NCBI GenBank assembly: GCA_965205265.1
Contig: CBDBGH010000003.1
Span: 1,856,001-1,920,000 of the forward strand
DNA length: 64,000 bases
Source of the DNA: Alphaproteobacteria bacterium
Lineage (GTDB): Bacteria; Pseudomonadota; Alphaproteobacteria; Bin95
Direction of reading: 5' to 3'
Made by a program: the position numbers and the translations under genes. Positions 59,558 through 64,000 of this stretch are shown piece after piece. The notes under the pieces were generated by a model, which saw only the letters and a list, made by a program, of their open reading frames with translations, ran no database searches and was not told the DNA's origin. Numbering within the stretch: position 1 is the stretch's first letter; each line of letters starts with the position of its first letter.

Positions 59558-61047
59558 CGGACCGCAACGGGGCTCAGGCGGAGCGCATCCGCCGTCTCGA
59601 ACATCTGAACCTCGAACTGATCCGCCTTCTGTATGGCAAGAGGTCGGAGAAGCTGTCGGCGGACGAGCGCCAGCTGGCGTTCGAGGACCTTGAGGGCGCG
59701 GCGGCGGAGATCGAAGCAGCGGCCGCGCCGGAAGATCCGACGCCGGCCCAATCGCCGAAGCGTCCTCGCCCGGCGCGCAATATCGGCCACTTGCCGGAGC
59801 ATCTGGAGCGGATCGAGCAGGTGGTCGAGCCGGAGAGCACGCTCTGCCCCTGCGGCTGCGGGGAGATGGTGAAGATCGGCGAGGATCGCACGGAGCGCCT
59901 GGACATCGTGCCGGCGCAGCTTCGGGTGATCGTCACGGTGCGGCCGAAATACGCCTGCCGGGCCTGCGAACAGGGCGTCACCCAGGCGCCGGCGCCGGCC
60001 CGGCTGATCGAGGGCGGGTTGCCGACCGAAGGCGCGATCGCCCATGTGCTCGTCTCCAAATACCTGGACCATTGCCCGTTGCACCGGCAGGCGCAGGTCT
60101 ATGCCCGTTCCGGCCTCGATCTGGACCGCTCGACGCTGGCCGGCTGGGTCGGCAGGGCGTCATTCCATCTGAAACCGGTGGCCGACCGGCTGGCGGAGCA
60201 TCTCAAGCGCTCTTCGAAGCTGTTCATGGACGAGACGCGGGCGCCGGTGCTCGATCCGGGCCGCGGCAGGACCAAGACCGGCTGGCTGTGGGCGCTGGCC
60301 CGCGACGACCGTGCCTGGAGCGGACCCGACCCGCCGGGCGTTGTGTACTTCTATGCGCCCGGGCGCGGCGGTGAATATGCCGAGCGCTTCCTCGACGGCT
60401 TCGATGGTATCCTCCAGGTGGATGGCTATGCCGGCTACAACCGGCTGACTGGACCGAGCCGCAAGGGCGGCGCGCCGATACGGCTGGCTTACTGCTGGTC
60501 CCACGCGAGGCGCCGGCTCCGCGAGATCTACGACAGCAGCGGCTCCGAGATCGCGGCAGAGGGCCTGCGCCGGATCGCCGAGCTCTACGCCATCGAGGCC
60601 GACATCCGCGGCAGCCCGCCCGAGCAACGTCTCGCAGAACGACACGCGCGCTCCGCGCCCCTGGTCGAGGCCTTCGGCGACTGGCTGAAGCAGCAGCGCG
60701 CCCGCATCTCGCCCAAGTCCCGCCTCGGCGAGAAGCTCGCCTATATCGCCCGTCACTGGGACGGCCTCCGGCTGTTCCTCGCCGACGGCCGCGTCGAGAT
60801 GGACAGCAATGCCGTCGAGAACCTCGCCCGGCCGATTGCCCTTACAAGGAAAAACGCGCTCTTCGCGGGTCACGACGAAGGCGCAGTCGCCTGGGGCCGG
60901 ATCGCTTCACTCACCCAGACCGCCAGGTTGAACGGGGTCGAGCCCTACGCCTGGCTCAAGGCCACCCTCGAAGCCATCGCGGTCGGCCATCCCAACGACC
61001 GCATCGACGACCTGCTCCCGTGGAACTTCAAGCCGTCGTCAAGCTGA
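59539..61047 (+). pseudogene. IS66 TnpC transposase lacking its native start
   Basis: LYGKRSEK, CPCGC, FMDET, VDGY, CWSHARR, DSNAVEN, LLPW; open frame but 5' end fused to the tnpB stub. Confidence 0.85.
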
Positions 61048-61166
61048 AATCCGGGTGACCCGCCCGCATCGCTTACGGTCGGACGCCGGCCGGGCTATTA
61101 CCGCACCGCCTCCGGCCGGGAGGACGCCCTTGTCCTCCGCCTTCGTATCGACGCCGCCGGTCTGGT

Positions 61167-61943
61167 TCAGCGCCGGTAGTCGTCCATGCCCGCGCGTTCG
61201 AGCTGGCGCAGCAGGGCCGGCCATTCCTTGCCGACCTCGATGAAGCCGCCGGGGCCGTACATCGACTTTCCGGTCGCGATCGTCTTTTCCTGCGTCGCCG
61301 GCGAGATTTCGCGAAGCGGCCCGCCGCCGGTCTGGGCGTCGATCTGGTGGCGGCAGGCCGTCTCGATCCGGTACATCCACACGAACGCCTCGCCCATCGT
61401 CTCGCCCACCGTCAGCAGGCCGTGATTGCGCAACATGAGAATGCGCCGGTCGCCCAGGTCGCGCACGATCCGCGGCCGCTCGTCCGTGTCCGTCGCCGTG
61501 CCCTCGAAGTCGTGGTAGCCGAGCCAGCCCATGACGGTCAGCGCCTTCTGGCTCGCCGGCAGCAGGCCGTGCTCCTGCATGGCGACGGCGACCCCGTATC
61601 GCGAGTGGGTGTGCATGATGAAATGCAGGTGCGGCATGGCCGTGTGGATGGCGCCGTGGATGACGAAGCCGGCGAGGTTGGCGCCGTGGCCCGACTCGCT
61701 CTGAACATTGCCCTCCCGGTCCACCACGATCAGCGAGGAGGCCGTGATTTCCTCGAAGAACATGCCGAAGGGGTTCAGCAGGAAAGAATCGTCCGTGCCC
61801 GGCAGGCGCGCCGAAATGTGGGTGTTGTTGAGGTCCGTCCAGCCGTAGAGCGCGCAGAGGCGATAGGCCGCGGCAAGGTCGCACCGCGCCTCCCATTCCC
61901 CGGCGCTCATGCCGACGGGCCTTCCGTCCGCGAACGTATCCAT
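61167..61943 (-). CDS. Class II aldolase/adducin family protein
   Basis: THISAR, LLNPFG, FVIHGAIH, MHTH, LRNHG. Confidence 0.9.
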   Translation of the reverse strand: MDTFADGRPVGMSAGEWEARCDLAAAYRLCALYGWTDLNNTHISARLPGTDDSFLLNPFGMFFEEITASSLIVVDREGNVQSESGHGANLAGFVIHGAIHTAMPHLHFIMHTHSRYGVAVAMQEHGLLPASQKALTVMGWLGYHDFEGTATDTDERPRIVRDLGDRRILMLRNHGLLTVGETMGEAFVWMYRIETACRHQIDAQTGGGPLREISPATQEKTIATGKSMYGPGGFIEVGKEWPALLRQLERAGMDDYRR

Positions 61944-62016
61944 ATCCGCCGCCTCCTCGTCAGGACAGGCGGAGCATACCCCCTGCCCCGGCGTTCCGGC
62001 AAAGCGGAACGGACCG

Positions 62017-63111
62017 CTACAGGCAGCGAAGCCGGCTGTCGATATCCGTCCAGTCGATATAGAAGCCGCGCAGCCAGCGCTCGCCGGTCGAGGGGTCGAA
62101 GGCGTCGCGCCCGTGCAGCACACGGCGGTTGTCGAACGCGACCATGGACCCGGTCTCGAGCAGGGTGTGGACCGTGAGCGCCGGGCGGCGGGTGATGGCC
62201 ATGAACCGCCGCCACGCCGCGTAATATGCGCGCGTTTCCGCAGGGTCGGCGTCGAGCTGCATTTCGTCCGCCGTGGCCGGGCTGACGGCGACCTCGACCA
62301 GCCGGCCCTCGCGGTCCACTGTCAGCGCCGGGCGGCTTCGGCGGATATCCGCCGCATCGTCGCTGAAGCGGAACGGCACCGGCCGGCGGGCAAGCAGGTC
62401 GAAATCGCCCGGGGCTTCCTCGCGCAGGATTTCCGCGGCGCGGAAACCGTCCACAAACAGGCTCGCGCCCCCCGTCGCAGCGTTGCGCACGCAATGCAGG
62501 CACTGGACGCCGGGCGGCGTTTCGAAATATGGCAGGTCGGTGTGCGGCGGCAGGGCGTAGGCCGTATAGGCGAGGCTGTTCGGCTTCGGGCGGGTGCGGA
62601 CCTCGAAAATGCGCCCGAAATAGGTTTCCTGGATAGGCCCGATGCGCGCGCCGAAGGCGGGGCCTGCTTCCGGGTCCTCGCCCAGCCCTTCCACCAGCGC
62701 TAGGCCGTAGCGCTTCAGGTCCGTCAGGAACGCCCCGAGGTCGCCGTCCGTCTTGTGGCGGGGCAGCCGCCCTGCAAGCGAAGCGTCCCAGAGTTCCGGA
62801 GGAATCGCCGCCGCGTCGGGCCGGGTCGGCGCGCCCGGCCGGCGGGCGGCGAGCCAGTCCATCGGCACGATGCTCTCGCCTGCGCTGTCCGGCCAGCGCA
62901 CGACCAGCGCATCGCCGTTGAGTTCGACGGCCTCGGGGCGAATATCGGGCGAGACCCCGACCAGGTCGAACAGCCGCTCGCGCGTGTCCGGGTCGAACGC
63001 GCCGGGCTCGTTGACACGCATCCAAATCCACGGAAACCGCGTCGACTCACCGCCGGGCCAGCGGACCTCCAGGTCCAGTTCGTCATGCGTGATCGCGTAG
63101 GCGTTCATCAT
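62017..63111 (-). CDS. Gamma-butyrobetaine/trimethyllysine dioxygenase-like (DUF971 + TauD)
   Basis: N-terminal GBBH-like domain, LAYT, HTDLPY, VDGF, FDNRRVLHGR. Confidence 0.87.
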   Translation of the reverse strand: MMNAYAITHDELDLEVRWPGGESTRFPWIWMRVNEPGAFDPDTRERLFDLVGVSPDIRPEAVELNGDALVVRWPDSAGESIVPMDWLAARRPGAPTRPDAAAIPPELWDASLAGRLPRHKTDGDLGAFLTDLKRYGLALVEGLGEDPEAGPAFGARIGPIQETYFGRIFEVRTRPKPNSLAYTAYALPPHTDLPYFETPPGVQCLHCVRNAATGGASLFVDGFRAAEILREEAPGDFDLLARRPVPFRFSDDAADIRRSRPALTVDREGRLVEVAVSPATADEMQLDADPAETRAYYAAWRRFMAITRRPALTVHTLLETGSMVAFDNRRVLHGRDAFDPSTGERWLRGFYIDWTDIDSRLRCL

Positions 63112-63524
63112 CGGGCCTCCGTTCGCGCGGGCATCTTGCGGTCGGGACTTGCGATTGGCGCAGGCGGAAAAGGACAGGGCGAAGGGCGACGGGAACCGGA
63201 GAGCAGCGACATGGCGATCCCACCTCCCATAACAGCCCGGCCGCCTGCATGCGGCGCCGGTTGTCGGTGCTGGAGAAAGAATCGCCCGCGACAGCGGGTA
63301 TTCACTTGTCGCGATGCGACCGCGCTTGAGCCCGGATGCGACTTCCGGACGGAAAAAATGCCAGAGAAGCCGCAGCGGCCCCAATCGCCTGCCCCCGCGA
63401 AAGCGGGGGCCGCCCCGGACGCCGGGAGCTTGCGGCGTGTCATGGGATGTCGCAACTGCCCAGGATGCCGGTCCTAGAGCACGATTCCGCGGCGTCGCTT
63501 TGCGGCCGGAGGCCGGCACCCCTC

Positions 63525-63625
63525 TTGCGTCACCCCGGACGGCGCGCCAGCGCCGAGCCGGGGTCTCCGCGCGAAGGGTTGCCCCTGTTGCACAAGGCCC
63601 CGGATCGGGGTCCGGGGCGACGCAA
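63525..63625. repeat. REP-like long palindrome
   Basis: ttgcgtcaccccggac ... gtccggggcgacgcaa with internal hairpins; nearby gcccccgc-GAAA-gcgggggc at 63391-63410. Confidence 0.7.
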
Positions 63626-64000
63626 AAGGAGCACCGAGCCTGCACTGGGCAGTTACGGAATGTCATGTTTGGGGATTACAAAGATGACTTGACGCTTGCC
63701 GCAACTCCTGCCAGCGTCGCGGGATGGATACCATCGAAGAAGCTGTCGTACAGTTCATCGTCCGCGAAGCCACGTCCCATGGGTTCCGTCATCTGGCATG
63801 GCTCGGCTTCCTTGGAATATTGACCATGTTCTTTGGGCGACGATGGCGGCAAATGCGGCGCGACATAGAATGTTTGAAGAAGACGGTGGGGGCGCCTTCA
63901 CCGCAAGTCGCTATGCCAGCCCTCGTCCAGACCTACATTTTCAATGCCGCCGATCCCGACCGCGAGCGCCAGCTTCGAGACGCGATAGAGTCAGAGACCG

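Larger units (their letters stand above)
58933..61076 (+). mobile_element. IS66-family element with internal deletion
   Basis: Ends GTATGCGGTGCG and CGCATCGCTTAC; 8-bp TSD GGTCGGAC at 58925-58932 and 61077-61084. Confidence 0.93.
58572..61179 (+). pseudogene. rimI: RimI-like N-acetyltransferase split by IS66 (5' part 58572-58932, 3' part 61085-61179)
   Basis: LFLEVAESN..LYARSGFEPVG | RRPGYYRTASGREDALVL rejoin in frame across the element. Confidence 0.88.

Noticed and set aside
1-64000. tRNA or rRNA genes
   Set aside because: No cloverleaf with T-loop GTTCRA and matching D-arm, and no rRNA-like sequence, was seen in intergenic regions

Overview
High-GC alphaproteobacterial (Rhodospirillales-like, probably marine or host-associated; inference) chromosomal window with about 65 genes. 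Housekeeping anchors are ahcY (partial), ppiD-trpE-parE, gluQ, speD-speE and nfuA-tsaB-rimI. Between them lie catabolic genes: a TRAP transporter with a Zn-dehydrogenase, an LLM monooxygenase, three TauD-type dioxygenases, CMD proteins, an orphan Mo-hydroxylase large subunit, a Rieske fusion protein and acyl-CoA enzymes. An aprM-aprB-aprA-sat sulfite-oxidation cassette sits between usp and nfuA. Accessory or defence-like material includes an MT-A70 methyltransferase near GmrSD, and an island after parE (IS630, a DUF5131/Gp37-Gp68 + TcmP pair preceded by a LexA-like box with tcmP broken by one in-frame TGA, an MmeI C-terminal remnant, BrnT/BrnA). There is also a second BrnT-type TA pair and an internally deleted IS66 that splits rimI with an 8-bp target duplication. 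Non-coding structure is rich: a 329-bp MITE-like element inserted in the hairpin loop of a REP-like palindrome, and a ~600-bp ORF-free element with a promoter, hairpins and 10-bp-phased CATGACA repeats. An amidase carries a single in-frame TAG. All calls come from motif recognition by eye; no searches were run.
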